Position numbers and translations under genes: made by a program. Source: Lama guanicoe (Eukaryota). From it: a stretch of DNA of 64,000 nucleotides. Below the pieces are notes generated by a model. It saw only the letters and a program-made list of their open reading frames with translations, did not search any database and was not told the origin of the DNA. Position 1 is the first letter of the stretch. Each line of letters begins with the position of its first letter. The stretch lies in the NCBI GenBank assembly GCA_013239625.1, contig MU054323.1, forward strand, positions 20,171,082 to 20,235,081. Reading direction: 5' to 3'. Below, piece after piece: positions 1-14,746 of the stretch.

Positions 1-208
1 TTTTCCTATCTCAGGGCACTTCTGTTATTGGCTCTCACTCATTCTTTGGTTCCTCTGCTGCCCCTTTACTCCACCCAGACATCCCAGCTCCTAGTTTTGG
101 CCTCAAGTCCTTGACTTTGATAACTGTCTCATTCCTTTTTCCTGGCATCTCCTAGAACTCACAGACCAGTAACAAACCCCTTATTGGCATCACGTCTCTG
201 AGACTGGC

Positions 209-718
209 TGTGTAGACAGTCTGTAAGGTAATCCTTAATGATTTCTTCGCTCATCCCCTCCCCTTGAGTGTGGACTGGACCTAGTGACCCACTTCTAAAG
301 AATAAAATACAGCAGAAGCGATAGGATGTCATTTCCAAGATTAGGTTACAAAAAGACCAAGGCTTCCATCTTGGGTACTCTCTCTTGTTTGCTCCCTCTG
401 AGGGAAGCCAGCTGTCATGTCGTGAGTTGTTCTACAGAGAATCCCACATGGAGAGAAGCTGGTATCTCTGATCAACAGTCAGAGAGGACCTGAGGTCTGT
501 CAATAGCCATGTGAGTGAGCTGGCAGATCCAAGGGGGTACCTTGTAAAGACTGTGGTCCCAGTCAGCAAAGTGACTGCAGCCTTGTGAGAGACTCTGGAT
601 CAGAGGCACCCAACTAAGCTATGCCCAGATTCCTGACCAAGGAATTTGAGATAATAGCTGTTATTTTGAGTTGCTCGCTTTTGGGGTAATTTGTTAGATA
701 GCAATAAATAACCAATAC
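209..718 (+). mobile_element. MaLR LTR (MLT1E/F-like)
   Basis: ccccttgagtgtggactggacctagtgac...gggaagccagctgtcatgtcgtgag...ggggtaatttgtta..gcaataaataaccaataca end typical of MLT1. Confidence 0.75.
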
Positions 719-3700
719 ACTTCCAAAAGCTTTGTACTGCCTTCACAGGCAACTCAAATTGGGTATAGCCCAATGGCACACAGACACACCAGATATCATC
801 ACACAGAGCCATGGGTCCAGGGCACACAGAAGGAAAGAATGAAGCTCGAGAGCAGGCAGAACCCTTCCCTTCTCATTAATTTAAGCCAATTTGGGAAGCC
901 CTTTGTCAGACTGGCTAATCTAAGGCTGGCTAGTTGCCAGATAGTTGTGCCAGATTTCTTCTAAGGTGAGTCAAGCTGTCAAGTTCCCAATACAAATAGA
1001 TATTTTCCTAACCTTTCCAGCTGAGTGATGGAGGCCAGCTGAACAGTCTTCCTAATATTAAACCCAACTGGGGAAACAGAAGAGAGAGAGAGTTAAAACC
1101 AGCCTACCTCCTTAACTCCAACATGCAGTAGAATCGTAAGGGGTTACTATCTGCAGAATATAAGATATCTGTGTCTCCGGTTCGGAGTACAGAGTTAGAC
1201 ACTGGCATCTCTGGGAGGGTCAGGGCAGATGAGCTGTGGCCCCTGCCTGGTATGTTCTTGCTTTGGAATAACGTTGTTCTTGGCACCCACTTTCAGAAAG
1301 CAATGATCAGCCCCTCTGAAATGAGATACCTAGGCAGATGGCCTGGCAGAGCTGAGGATCCCATGCTTTTGGCTTAGAGAAAGACAGGAGGCTAAAGTGT
1401 GATCTTAGTGGTGCAACAGAGACTGGACTGAGCCTCCACTCCTCCCTTGGGTCCAACCACAGCCAGGTGATGGCAGAAGATTCAGGGCTTCCAGAAGCCC
1501 ATAGCCCCACACCTATGGCTGGGGCTTATCAGACCCTCAAGGTGTCTTCCAGAGCCTCCTGTGAAGCATAGAAGTGTCAAACTGGGACTCTACCAAGATT
1601 ACCACTGTCTAGTGTATGTCCCAAACTTACACACATTTTCAAAACCACCTCTAAGGCCCAGCTACTTCAAATAGCCTGTCCTGCTCTTTGGCTGCTGCAT
1701 CTCCCCTGCTGGGTACCAGCACCTAACAAATTGAAGTGTGTAAGGCTTCCTGAACCAGGGCATGGTCAGGTATTTGAATAATAATCCCTGTGACAGTTTT
1801 CCCTTCTCTGGAAACAGCTCCAATACACGGGTGGCACCAAGGGGTCTCTTCTGTGTCTCTCCTCTGTGCTCCTGGCTGGAGCGTGCTGATAGGGGTTGAC
1901 AGCTGGCCCAGCCTGGGACAGCCATGTTCTGCCTGTAAAGCTGGAACATTCAGTGAATCCATACCAAGCCTCAGGGTTTGGGGCGCTGAGTCCAGAGTGT
2001 TGCCCTGGAGAACGTGTCCTTGGCCTCAAGCTGCTGAGAGCCCCGATGCTATGCTAGTTCCTATTCTTTCTGAGACTTGACTACTTATCTCCTTTATTTC
2101 AACTCTAGAGGATGACCTCCACTAAACTCCTAATAATATGTTCTTGCAACCAAAAAAACCTTAACACAAATTTCTACATATATTTATCTGGCACCCTCCA
2201 TGTGTGGTTACTATGCTATGTTCTGGGGATTTGGGAATGCCAAGATGAGTTTTTAATTAGTCTTTATCCTTAAGGGGTTCATAGTTCAATCTATATTCCT
2301 TGAACTTGGCCTCAAAATGTAAATGTAGGCTGACACAAGGTCTCTTCCTCCCTCCATGCTGCTGGAATGTGGACCCTGCTTCAACCAGGGAGATAAAATA
2401 AGCCATGGGGAATAGAGGAGCCACAAGAGTAAGGAACCTGGCCCCTAAATGGCCATAAGAAGCAGTTATCTGCTGACCTGGACACTCATCTCTGATGTTA
2501 TGCAAGAGAGAAATCAGCTTCTTTGTTCTTTAAGCCTCTGAATTTGGGGGTTCTCTTTTGAATCATAATTTAGAAACTCCCTCTCCCCACAACTAATACC
2601 TCTCCATTAACAGAGACACTGTGTTGTCATGGCCTGCGGTGGCCATCCTAGGGTACATCCTCAGCCAGGGCATGCTGACTCTAGGAAAGGTCATCATGTT
2701 TCTAGTTTGGAAACTCTTCAAGGCATCAAAGACACAGAACCATTCCTGGGTTTTGCAAACTATACCTCTCGTCTGATTCCTCTCTTTCCCAGGACTTCCC
2801 CTTGATTGGCTTCTTGGGAGAAAAAAAAAGGTTTATATTTACCTGGAATGGCTGCAACCATCATTTTGGGAAGTTTAAGACACTCTTCATCCCTATGTAT
2901 ATCTGTACCTACCATGAGCCATGATTTATACTAGAGATAGATACCTCCAATCTTGGGTGGTGCTACATTCTCTCAGAATCTGGAAGCACTAAGGGTCTAA
3001 AACTTTGTATTTTGGGACTGGTAGAAAAGAAGAAAAACCTATCTGGTTATCAGAGGGGAAAAAAAAAAGAGGCACCTGCAGTAAGCCTACCTTCAATCTG
3101 AAGGCCCCAGTGCTCTGTGACATACTGAATTACCAACACCTGAATCCTCTTGGGTCTCTTGAGGGTGAGGCCTCGCAGGTGCATCAAGACCTATCACTTC
3201 TGCATTTCAACTGCAGCCTCTCCTTTGCCACAGAGAAAGAACTGCCATGTCAATCCATGCTTTCCCAAGGAGCCCAAGTACCCAGGAATCCAAATGTTGC
3301 CTAAAGAAATCCACAGCAAGATAACCCCAACCAGACCCAGAAATCATTGCCCAGACCCAACGATAACATCATTCTGATACCCAGGGGCTCCATCTACCAG
3401 ACACAGCTCCAGAGAAAGGCAGGTACGGGGTGGCTGCCAGCCCCCCAGGGCTGGTTGCTTGCCCTTCTGGGTGAGGCTGAGATTCACGGCTCTGCCTGTG
3501 TCCCCACACTTCTCTGCAGGCCTCCAGGGTCCTGCCAAGATGACTAACGCATTTCTTTGAAGATCTACTGGCCCTGCCAACACTCAATGTGCTCTGCGAC
3601 GTGAACTCAGACAAATGACAAGCACCCTGAGGACAGCCACATTCACCATCATCTCTGGGCACCCTGGGAAATGGCCTGTGCTATGATGATTTCTTTCCAA

Positions 3701-5754
3701 ACTTGCCCTGTATCTGGACCATTATTTGTTTATTTTGTTCATCTTTCCATTTAACATTTATTGAGACATTTCTATGTGTCAGGCACTGTCCTGTTATCTG
3801 AGGGTACAATAGAGAACAAAATGGAATCTCTGTAGCTTGGAGCTTACATTCTAGTGGAGAAAATGAAATGATACATTAAAAAGTAAATATACAAAGTATA
3901 GCTGCCAGTATTCCTCAAAACTGAAGTGTAACTTAATCATAATTTTCTGTAAGTAAGTATACATACAATATGGTAGGTGCTGTTGAATGCTATGAAGAAA
4001 ACACAGGGTCATAGTGGTGGTGTACTTCTTTAGAGAGGGTGGTCAAGGAAGGCCTCTGCATTCAGCAGAAATCTCAGTGAAGGAAAGAAGTAAAGTGTGT
4101 GGATTTCTGGAAAAGACAGAAGGAGTGAGTGCAAAGGCCCTGAGGCAGCAACATGCTTAGTGTGTTGGAGGAATACAGAGGAGATCTGCTTAACTATGTC
4201 TCTTGTTGGTCATTCCATCTGTCCCTCCCTTCCGTCCTACCTCCTTCCCTTTCTCTCTACTTCTCTCCTTCCCTCCCTTTCTTCCTTCCTTCCCTTCTTT
4301 ACTGAAAATGTGTTTTAATATTCAGTTCAGAAGGAGAACCGCTGGATGTGGTCTTGAGACTATGCTCATATGCAGCTATGAACCCTTCAAGGCTTTATTC
4401 CTCATGACCTCTGTGGTGTTGGTGTTGTAAATGGTCAGATGGTGCTGTAGATAGTCAGATGGAGGCAATAGAAGCTTGAAGAGCCTGGAGAAGATATGTT
4501 GACTCAAACTTCAATCTTCTCATATATTTCAAACAATTTTTCTTTTTCATAAAAAAGTGCTGTTTCTTAATAAATAAAATGTCAAAATTTTCTTGTGGAG
4601 TCCCAGGGCTTCCTCTCCTCAGCTTGTTAGGGCCACATGATCAGTGGAAGTTCTTAACACCCAGATACTAGCCCTACATGTTAAAGAGTCATCCTTCCAT
4701 GAGATAGCATGGGTTCTCTCCTTGGTCTCATAACCCTCTAGGCAGCACGTATCTTTGCATTTAGCTGAGGAAGTTACCTAGTTCTCTTGTAAAAGGAGCT
4801 TAGCTTTAGGAGATAGACCTGGTTATTTGAATCCTGGCTTACCAATGACTAGCTGTGTGATCTTAGGAAAATCACCTACCCTCTCTGAGCATCAGTTGTT
4901 TTCATCTATCTCAGCCATTTTCAATTGTTTTGTTTTTTCAATTGTTTTTGCTTTTTTAAGTACTAGAACCATTTTTAAAAAGAGCATGCAAAACTTTTAA
5001 AAAGAGTATGCAAAACTTTCATGTATAAATAGATAAAAGAGGTCCTGCTTAGGTTGAGGGGAAGCTTGAAGAGCACAGAGTTCTACCCTCTCCCCTTTGC
5101 AGGTCCTGCGTCCTCTTCCAGGCAGCCCCCAGAGGATCCCCACAAACTGGGAACTTCACAGGGTACTGTTTGAAGATTACTGCTCTACCCACAGGAATTA
5201 TCACAACTTCACCAGCCCTAGGTCTTGAGACCTCGTGCTCTAGGGCCTCACCTGTCTTTAGGTGCAAAGAGCCATGTGACACCTACCTACTTTTAGGGCA
5301 TTGAGCGTCAAAAGAGAGAAAGCCCTTCTGCCTTCACCTTGCCCTATAAACTAGTTTTATTTTTATTCTGAGGACTTGTCAGTTTCCCAAGCAATTGACA
5401 TTAAGAATAAACTCACTCATCGGATGATTCTGTCTCTCACTCTTTCTGCTTCCTTTTCAATATCTTAGCTCTCAGCATTGGGTAGCCGTAGTGTGAGACT
5501 GCGCACGTGAAGGATCACCTAAGGAACTTCACCCCTCTTAATTTCCCTATCAAACAACTGCGCTCATGGAGGCTAGGCAAAGAATGGAGTTGGGCTGGTC
5601 CATGACTATATGGACGAAGAGGCAAAGAAGACCTAAAAGATTTTAAAGCATTCCCAAAAATGCATCAGTCCAAAGGAGTCAGGCAGAGAGACAAAAACCT
5701 CGCAATAAAATTACAACCAGAGACAAGGAGAGAAGAGGCAGAGTCGAGACTTAC

Positions 5755-6215
5755 TCTGTTCAATATGGTAGTTACTAGGCATACGGGACAACTGAGCACT
5801 TAAAATGTGGCTATCCCATATTGAGTGCACTGTTAGTGTAAAATATGCACTGGATTTCGAAGACTTGGAACAAAAAAGTGTAACATATCTCAAAAAAAAC
5901 CCCATATCTCATTTATAATTCTTAGAAAAATTGTGCTGAACACTGGAATTTGACACAACATTGTAAAATGATTATAAATCAATAAAAAATGTTAAAAAAA
6001 ATTTAAAAAATAATTCTATTGATTACATTTGACCCAATACAATTTATAATAATTCCTCTTACATTGATTATATTATGTTGAAAATGATAATATTTTCTAT
6101 ATTGGGGTTTAAGTAAACTATATTATTAAGATTAATTTTACCTGTCTCTTTTTACTTCTTTTTAATGTGGCTACTAGAAAAATTTTAATTGATTATGTGG
6201 CTCACATTATTGGAG
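5755..6215 (-). mobile_element. MER33-like hAT-Charlie element with an internal L1 3'-end insertion (~5930-6010)
   Basis: ctgttcaatatggtag...gagcacttaaaatgtggcta...ggatttcgaagactt...aatgtggctactagaaaa...gtggctcacatta. The internal ttgacacaacattgtaaaatgattataaatcaataaaaaa is an L1 tail. Confidence 0.75.
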
Positions 6216-7645
6216 GCCCTAGGGAGATCTCCTGAGGTGGCGAAGCAAAGCAGGGACCTGTTTATAGGATGCCTAAAACCTTGCCCTCAATGAGGAGGCA
6301 AAGGTTAAGAGGAATGCAACACTTCTCTAAGTCTTCTCAGAAAGAGGTCAGATGGAGTCTCTACCCGTTTGCTTGGTGGAAGATCCTAGCAAGTTTGATG
6401 GCACTTTGAAGGTGGGGAGCAGATTCCCATGGGGCAGTGCTCTTTACTCTCAGTCAGCCTAGAACTGGATCATTGATTCCAATATACTCCAGTGCCTACC
6501 CTAGGCTACCTGATGGAGGATCAGTTGCATGTAACACACAAAACCCAAAATAATAATAGCATAAACAAGATAGAACTTTATCTATTAAGGAAAGCAAAAA
6601 TTTTATGTTGTTTATGCACTGGTGTGTTTCTTTTGGACTTTGTCTATTATGTGCAATTAAACCTTGCAGGAAGTGTTGCATCTTGGACGATCTGGACCAA
6701 GTGACAGCCATCTTGGACCATGAGAAAATGAGCTAATGAAGGTGAACAGCAAGGTAGAAGGAACCCAGGTCCTGGATAGCATTGGAGCTATCACTGGTTT
6801 ATTGTCTCATGGTTCAAGAGAATTGAACAATTAGAATTCCATGTTCCAGGCAGAAGAAGGTGAAAAGTGGGGGTGGGGGGAATAAGACCTTTTCCTTCCT
6901 TTTAAGATGACTCCCCAGGAGTACCACATAACATTTTGATTTGCATTTCATTGGCCAGAACTTGGTCACATGGTACACCTAGCTTCAAGAGAGGATGGGA
7001 AATACCTTTTAGATAGGTGAATTCTGCCTTGAATAAAATCAGGATTCTGTCACTAAGAAGGAAAAGGAAAATGCATGTTGGCATAAGAATACATTTGTAC
7101 CTTTTGGGTATATGCTGATGACCTGCATCGCTCTGAAAGGACCCACAGGGTGGTCCTGCAGCTTTTGGCATGGACATCAAGATAAAAGATAATCCATAGG
7201 AGCATTGGCCCTCCACAGATCTCCCCCTGGGCCTCATACACTGGAGGGGGCATAGAGTAAATCAAGTCTGTGTATAGGTGCAGGTTGTAGACCATCTCTA
7301 GGGCAATCCTGCCTCAGTGGCAACTGGGTAATTAGAAATATGTAGTGGTCCCTCATGCCCCATGTTTGACCATAGCACAGGTGTCCCAGTCAGAGGCTTT
7401 ATTGACTCATGTAACCAAACTGCAAGAAAGGCAAGGGCAGCTGGTCTCAGAGACAACTGAAATCAGATATTCAAATACCACTTTCTCTCTGCATCATCTG
7501 CATCTTTGCTTCCTGGTGAAGAATGGCTTCTGCTGAGCTGGAAATTTGTCTGACAAATCAGCCTCAGAGCTTCACATCTACCACCAGAATGGAGCTGCAC
7601 CTTCCTCCCTCTCTCTGGCTGGAAATTTAAAAATGCCAGGGAAGC

Positions 7646-7762
7646 AGGGGTGGATGGGGAAGAGAGGGAGAAAATAGCTCAGTGGTAGAGGGCATGCTTA
7701 ATGTGCCCAAGGTGCTGAGTTCAATCCCCAGTACCTCCTTTAAATTAAAAAAAGAAAAAAAA
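7646..7762 (+). mobile_element. tRNA-derived SINE, camelid vic-1 type
   Basis: tagctcagtggtagag A box, gagttcaatccc B box, A-rich tail, degenerate TSD aaaaatgccagg/aaaaatgtcatg. Confidence 0.85.
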
Positions 7763-8956
7763 TGTCATGGAGGGCTCTTATTGGTCTGGTGTGCACCACA
7801 TGCCCCGTCCAGACATCAGGGATTGAGTCTGGTAAAGGAGGAAAGGGGGTCCACTGTGGATGAACAAAACAATACTCATTACAGCCAGTATTAGGTATTA
7901 GCTTTGTAGAAATCTTTGCTAAAATGAGACAGGAAAATTATATAGTTAGAAGTCTTTCCCCTTTGCTGTGATTTTTCCCCCCAATTTGCTGTTTGCCTTT
8001 AGGTTTTAGTTACTCAATAAACACTGCAAAACCCTCATTTTGTACTAGACTCCTATGTCCTTCAGTATTCTTTCTTCATTCATGGTAACATTTGATTAGG
8101 TTACAGCTTTCACTAAATCCATTTCAGTCCGAAGGATACACTTCAGCCTCTTGATAGGATTTAGGTGTTCCCCAGGTCTTCTCAGTGATATCTATTCTAG
8201 CCACTTCTCCCATTGAGGCCCTTACCCAGATAGCTACTGTCAACTAATGAGGCTCCTAACAGAAGCCTGCTCAGATCAACTTAGGGAAAAAGGAAGACAG
8301 AACTCATGAGTTCAAAAAACAGGCCTTAGGAGGGATTGAAATCTGGAAAAAGGGGGCTGTGAGGTGCCAAGGCTGCCATTCTTCAGTTTTTCAGTGTGTG
8401 CTCTCTTGTGCTCTCTCTTCTTCTTTCTCTTTCTTTCTTTCTTTCTTTCTGTGGGGCTATACTGATGATCCCTGCTTCATTCTGCCTTCTCTGCAGATGG
8501 ACTTTCTCTGTGCTCTTGGGGAAGATAACTGTCTGCTACCCCACCATTCCAAAATGTGTATGTACTCCTAGATCAAGTACACAGACTCCCAAATCCCTGT
8601 CCCATCCACAGATTCTTGAGTAACTGGCCCATTTGAGTCAGGGGTCTTCTACTCCAGTCAGCTATGGTCAGGGGAACAGAGTCCCAAATGATAAACATGG
8701 CCCTTGTCCCAGCTCTGTGCAGGGGGTGGGAGTGTGGGTGGGTTCACAGGGAATGCAGGTAGGTTTTAGGATTATGTTATTAGAATCTCCCTGAGAACTT
8801 TCTGTTATAGATCCCTATGTGAAGGGAGTGGTGCTGAACACTAAGGACCATTGTGTCCATTTCTTGCCTGGCTACCTGGCAACAGCTGGTATTTGAGAAC
8901 CAACTGACCCTGATCTACCCATTCACCCATTCTTTGATCAGAATAATGGTCTGTTT

Positions 8957-9077
8957 TCTGAGAGGGAGGTGATTAGTTTTCTTCATTGAGTTCCGCTTGG
9001 AGGAGGTACCAGGGATTGAACCCGGGACCTCTTGGGTGCTGAGCATGCGCTCTACCACTTGAGCTATAACCTTCCCC
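8957..9077 (-). mobile_element. vic-1 type SINE
   Basis: Reverse-complement A and B boxes. TSD cagaataatggtctgttt (8939-8956) and cagaataatcgtttgttt (9078-9095). Confidence 0.88.
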
Positions 9078-11290
9078 CAGAATAATCGTTTGTTTAGGTC
9101 TCACAGAGGTTAGAGGCATTCCAGGTCCCAGTGATGATAGCAACCGGAAACAGCTTGGTCAGGAGACCATCAGGATTTTCAATCCCAAAGAGTGCTGTTC
9201 TTAAAGTGATCTCAAGTGTATTAACTAACGTCACTTTTTTTATGGATTTGTGACATTATAACAGGAAAAGACATATGTGAAAAAATGCTAGATTCTTATC
9301 GCATTCTACAATTTCCCCCTCAGTGATCTCTCCACTTCTATGGTTTTAACTGTCATCACCATAGAAAAAATTCACAAATCTATACCATAGCCCCCCCACT
9401 CTACACTTAGCTCTTGGTATAATTTCCAACTGCGCTGGATATTGCTGTAAATTCATTATGACAAAGCAAGTTTATTTTTCCCACAAATTTGCTCTTACCA
9501 CATTACCAAACAGGCTTTCAGTGTCATTTCCATGTAACTGCTGCCAAGCAAGAAACTTCCCTGCATCCTCTCTGTTTGTCCCTTTTCTCCAATCCCAGAA
9601 CTGTCCCCTTTGGTTAAGCACTCTTGTGTCTTGTCTGGACAATTGCAACAGTCTCTTCACTAACTTCCTTACTGTTTCTTCCTTTCTGTCCTCTGGTCCA
9701 TTTTCCATGCTGGAATCAGATTATTTCATTAAAAATAAAAACCCAGTGTTGCTCCCTGTGTAAAAACCTCATCACCTACAGAGTAAAACCCAAAGCTTCT
9801 TAGCAATCAAGGCTCTTAAAGACACTCTAGCTTTTGGTTGTCCAGCTTCATCTCCCATTACGTTCCAGGCATTACACCTCACCTCTTCCTTACACCCTAT
9901 TCATGTCAATTTCTCACCCTTCCCAGAGCAAGCATCTTCCAACTTAGATGCCAGAATGTCTATTCCAGGGCAATGAACAAATGAAATGTGGTGGAACAGA
10001 GCTGTGCATAAATGCTAAGGGACCCAGAGGAGGAGCAACCGTCAGCCTGCGTGCATGCTTGGGGAAGAGGAACTTCTAAGCCCCAAGCAGGAATTACCAG
10101 GTGGAGGGGAGAAGATCCGCAGCAGATACTAAGGCCAAAGAAGCACAAGGGGGCATCTTTGTAGAGTGTGTGTGTGGTGGGGGAGGGAGGCCAGGGACTG
10201 GCGATTGTTCTAGCCCAGATAAACTGCAGTGGAGCATATTAGGGGAGTGGTTTCAAGAGATCTGCAGGACAAAGAGGTCCCTCAGGAGAGCAGAAAGAAC
10301 CTAAGAAAATGCAAGGCTTTGTCAGTAATTCTGGGAGAAATGCTCTGGGTGATGTGAGAACTAGGGCAGGGAAGGCCATGCTGCTGGGATGGAGGGGAGA
10401 GTGGGGGTCACAGAATCAATGAATTGGAGTTAATAAAAAAATGGCAGTGGCAGGGCACTCGTGCATGGGGAGGAATCTAGCGTCCTATATGTAAGATAAG
10501 AGTCTGATATAATGCCTACCTCATTAGATAAAATGTGTAAAGTTTCTAGTTTTGTGCCTGGTGGTGCATGGCAGGTGTTCGAGAGGGTTTAAAGTCAATA
10601 AGCCACTTTCCATGGACTGCATGATATGACCCTTGGAAGTAGGGATACAAGGGCAGAGAGCTTCCAGGTGGGAAAATGGAGGCCCAAAACTTCCAGCTCC
10701 TTAAGTCAGTGGCTGGGTTTGAGATTCCAGACCAGGCCTTCTGCCTGAGGCCTCTATGCCTTTGAAAGTACTTTCAAAGGGAAATGCTAGTTCTTGAAAT
10801 TCTTTTAAGCTAAGAATCTTGAACTTGCCATCCCAGAAAGATTCTAAGATATGAAAGGAGGGCTCAATATAACTCTAATCACAGTGATAATAGTACTGCT
10901 TAAAAGAAGCCACTCCTGAAAGGATGATTGGCTGTTTTGGGAACTTATTCCATAGATAACCTGGTAGAGGGAGGGAGGCAGAGAAGGAGGGCCTTAGAGT
11001 CAATAAAAAACCCTTAACTTCAGCTAATAGCAATGACAATAGAGGCACCTGGGATTGCTTTGGGCACTTAAATGTAAATGGGAATAGAAGAGTACCTTGG
11101 TAGTCGCCACTGTTACATGCTAATGAAGTGGCTTCACTCAAACAAAGGCCACTGGGAGATTCGTGGAGGGTATAGCCTGGTCCCACACTGGGTCGGAAGT
11201 CTAAGGCAGTCCTGGGTCCAGAATTAGAATGTCTTCCTCTGACCTACACAACTTTGTGACCAGAAGCAAGACTCTGCACTTCCCTGGACC

Positions 11291-11298
11291 TGTGTGTG

Positions 11299-11326
<28 letters not shown>
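11291..11326. repeat. (GT)n microsatellite
   Basis: Direct reading. Confidence 0.95.
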
Positions 11327-11329
<3 letters not shown>

Positions 11330-12168
11330 AGTTTGTAATCAACCCTGGGGTGGCTACCTCCTACAGTCCAACCTGGCAACCAGATTGTTGATTGTGTTTT
11401 TTCCCTAGTCAAACCAAAAGAATTGAAAAGAATTATTTGTAGTTTCTCACATGCACTGCACTCTATTTATAAGTTTTTCCAGCTTTTATTCCATATGCAT
11501 ATTAAATGTCTTCCTCCAGCATCCATGTGCATGGATTCGGTACTGCCTATTGAGGTCCCTGCCCTCAAAGGTTCACGTTTGGAAGGGAGATAGGGCATAT
11601 GGAAAGATGGAAGGCAGAATGTGATCAGGTGGGACATGTAGACAAACTATATAGCATGACATGTCACGTGGATCCCACAGCAAGAGCTGTACAAAAATGG
11701 GAGCAAAATGCTTTGCGAGCCAGTGAGTTGGAGTGGGAGGCTTTACAATGAAGTGTTCTATGAGCTGTAGAGACACTCCACTCCTGGCTGATGACTACAG
11801 TCAATGGAGGACTTTAAAAAAAAAGAGAGTTCCCTGGCCCCTCCCTCAGAGGTTTCAGGTGGGGCCTGGGAGTCTAATAAAAAAACAACACAACAACAAG
11901 AAAACAAACTGCCTTGTGCTTCTGATGATCAGCCAGGATTGGAGCCTATTGGTGCAGTGCAGGGACAGGCCCAAATAATCATGTGTTATAAGAATGCTAC
12001 GAGGAGGGTGTTAACACTCTAGGGAGGGGGTTATGTTTAAGCTAAGAAGTTCACCCAGTGGAGCAGAAGGAAGGCCAGGTCATGGATCATGGGTGTAGAA
12101 GCTGAGGCCAAGGCAAGCCTCTACCCTATTCAAGTTGCTAAGGGGGCTCCAAGTGGGTGAAATATTTG

Positions 12169-12695
12169 TGTTAGACACAGAGTGAGACCAAACAAACCAA
12201 AACATTGGAGTTTGGGGCAGAGAAAGATTTATTGCAGGGTCAAGGAAGGAGAGCAGGCAGATTGTGCTCAAAAAACCTAAATTCCCTGATGGTTTTCAGG
12301 GTGGGGGAGGAGCTTTTATAGGCAAAATTTGGGGTGTGTGACTTTCTTCTGATTGGTTAGTGATGAGGTAACAGGGAAGTGTTCCTAGACTCTTGTCTTC
12401 AGCCTGAAGTACCATCCTCCACTTAGGTGGGGGCCTTAGTTCCCACAGAAGAACTCAAAGACATTGTTATGTATATTCCTTGAAGGAGGAACCAGGACCC
12501 TGCCCCAAGGCTACACTATTGTTTCTTGACTGTTCCTCCCCTGCATCCCCTCCCCTCCCTGATTAGCAACTGTTTGGATCTGCCCTTTGGAACTCAAGCA
12601 AGGTCCAGGAGTCTGAATGAAGCCTAGGTCCTACTAACAAGAAAAGGAAGACACAGAAAGTATTTGTCCCAGGGAGGACCCCAAGGGGTGGGTTT
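12169..12695 (-). mobile_element. Solo ERV1-class LTR
   Basis: Starts tgttag. Minus-strand polyA signal (tttatt), TATA (ttttata) and CCAAT (gattgg) occur in LTR order. Confidence 0.65.
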
Positions 12696-14414
12696 TAAGA
12701 CTAAGAAGGGGAAGTTGGGGCCAGATTGTAAAGAGCTAGCCTTGAATACTGTGCAAAGGAGTCTGGATTTGATTGTGAGAGACCGGAGAACCAGAGCAGG
12801 TTGCTGTTATGCACACCATACTTTGACAGAATAGTGTATAAGTTCTTGTAGCTATTTTAGGGACTCGGTTATTCTTTCCTTCTCTCTCTTGGAGAAATGA
12901 ATGCATAATACAGATTGCAAGTGAACATTAGTCAGTCCATAAGTTTAAAGTAGAATATGAAGAAGGCTGTCTTAAAATCATCTCTCACTTGGACTATGGA
13001 AAAAGCTTTTTGTAACTGGACTCTACTTCAGACCTACACTTCTCAGATTGGTCCGCCTTTACTGCTTCTGAGAGGTATTTCTAAAATGCTTGTTACATCC
13101 TTGCTTTAGACCCTTCAGTGATCCTCTGTCGTCTCCACATAATAATCAAGTTTCTTCTTAGCCTGGGGTACACAGACCCTCATGATCTGACATCCTCTTA
13201 GAGTAGTTAGGATGGGGTTTTTTTGTTTGTTTTGGGGGGATTTGGGTTTTTTTGTTTTTTTGTTTTGTTTGTTTGTTTGTTTGTTTTGGTTTATGTAAAC
13301 TAATTCAAGTTAATTTAAGGAAAAAATGAAAAGTTGATTGGTGCAAGGAACAGGGCTCCAGGCTGAAAACCCAAAAGAAGTGACTGATCAAGCTGATTTC
13401 AGAAATTTCTACTTTATAATTTTGTGTTTATGTTCTTGATTTTTAAATTTTTCCTTAATTCAAAAAATATATTTGATAATACATTCCCATTGTAAAAAAA
13501 ACTTCAAGCAATATGGAAGTATACAGAAGAAAATTGAGTTATTTTTCACATACCTTCCATTCTCTGTCCCCAGAGGTAACTACTGTTGACTGCAGACGTT
13601 TGTAGCCAATCTACTATCCATTTATGTCTATGTATTTACACTACAAATAATCCAATTTTTGGTTTTTCCTAAATGCAATTGGACCATATGTATTTTAATG
13701 AAGCTTGCTTTTTTTCACTTAATGTTATTTTTCTTAGCTCTTTTGGGGGGGCAGGGGGTATTTTCCTATATTTTGTAGACATTCAAATCGTTTTAGAGAT
13801 GTCTAACCTTGTTTCTGTGAACAAATAAATTTTAAAATGTATGTTTCTATACTTGATTCTGGAAAGAGGATCAGGGCCCCTTCACCTGGAGGTGTGAACT
13901 CACCCATCTTTAGTGCCCAGAGGGGGACAACAGAGGGAACACAGGGCCATATCCTTGGGACTGTTACACATTTTGGTCAATCCTTAGCCAGCATTTCTTC
14001 TCAAGTTGCATAATATTTACCTTTCTTAAAATTGTCATAAGTTGCCATCTATTATCTCTTCAGTTAATTTTTCAAAGGCCTGGGCAAACTCAGTCCTCAT
14101 ATTTCTCAAATTTGAATAATTTCCTGGTTCCTAAAAATATACACATTCCCATTGTCAGAAGTCTCACAGGCTTGGATTACTACCTCTCTCAAGTTCTTAT
14201 TCCTAAATAACCACTTCTCATAGGAGCCCCCAAACCTTCATCTGCTTATTCTGGACAAGAATTCTCTAGGGCTTGGGTGACCTCATCCTCCAGGACTCCT
14301 AAGACCTCAGACAGCTGGGATTTTTGAAGTGGGAGCCAACACATAGGAAGGGTCCTCAGGCAATAACACTGTTTCTCCTCATATTTGGTTCATTTTCACC
14401 TTCCCAAAGTTTCT

Positions 14415-14742
14415 TAGGCAGTTTGAGCTGCTATAACTGAATAGCATAGAATGGAAGCTTATAAACAACTGAAATTTATTTCTTACAGTTCTGGAGGCCG
14501 TAAGACTGAGATCAGGGTGCCAGTATGGTCAGGTCCTAGTGAGGACCCTCTTCTGGGTTGCAGACTTCCTTTTGTAACCTCACATGGTAGCAAGAGGGGT
14601 CTCTTTTATAATCCCATTCATGAAGTCTCCACTCTTGTGACCTAACCTTCTCCCAAACACCCCACCTCCTAACACCATCACATTAGGGGTTGGGATGCCA
14701 ACATACGAATTTTGTGGGGACAAAAATATTCAGTCCATAATA
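14415..14742 (-). mobile_element. MLT1A-like MaLR LTR
   Basis: gctgctataac...cttataaacaactgaaatttatttcttacagttctggaggc...ccccacctcctaacaccatcacattagggg...attcagtccata. Confidence 0.8.
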
Positions 14743-14746
14743 CCAA

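Noticed and set aside
5480..5570. tgcgcacgtg / tgcgctcatg motifs as an NRF1/E-box promoter
   Set aside because: Only partial motifs, with no CpG island or associated exon.
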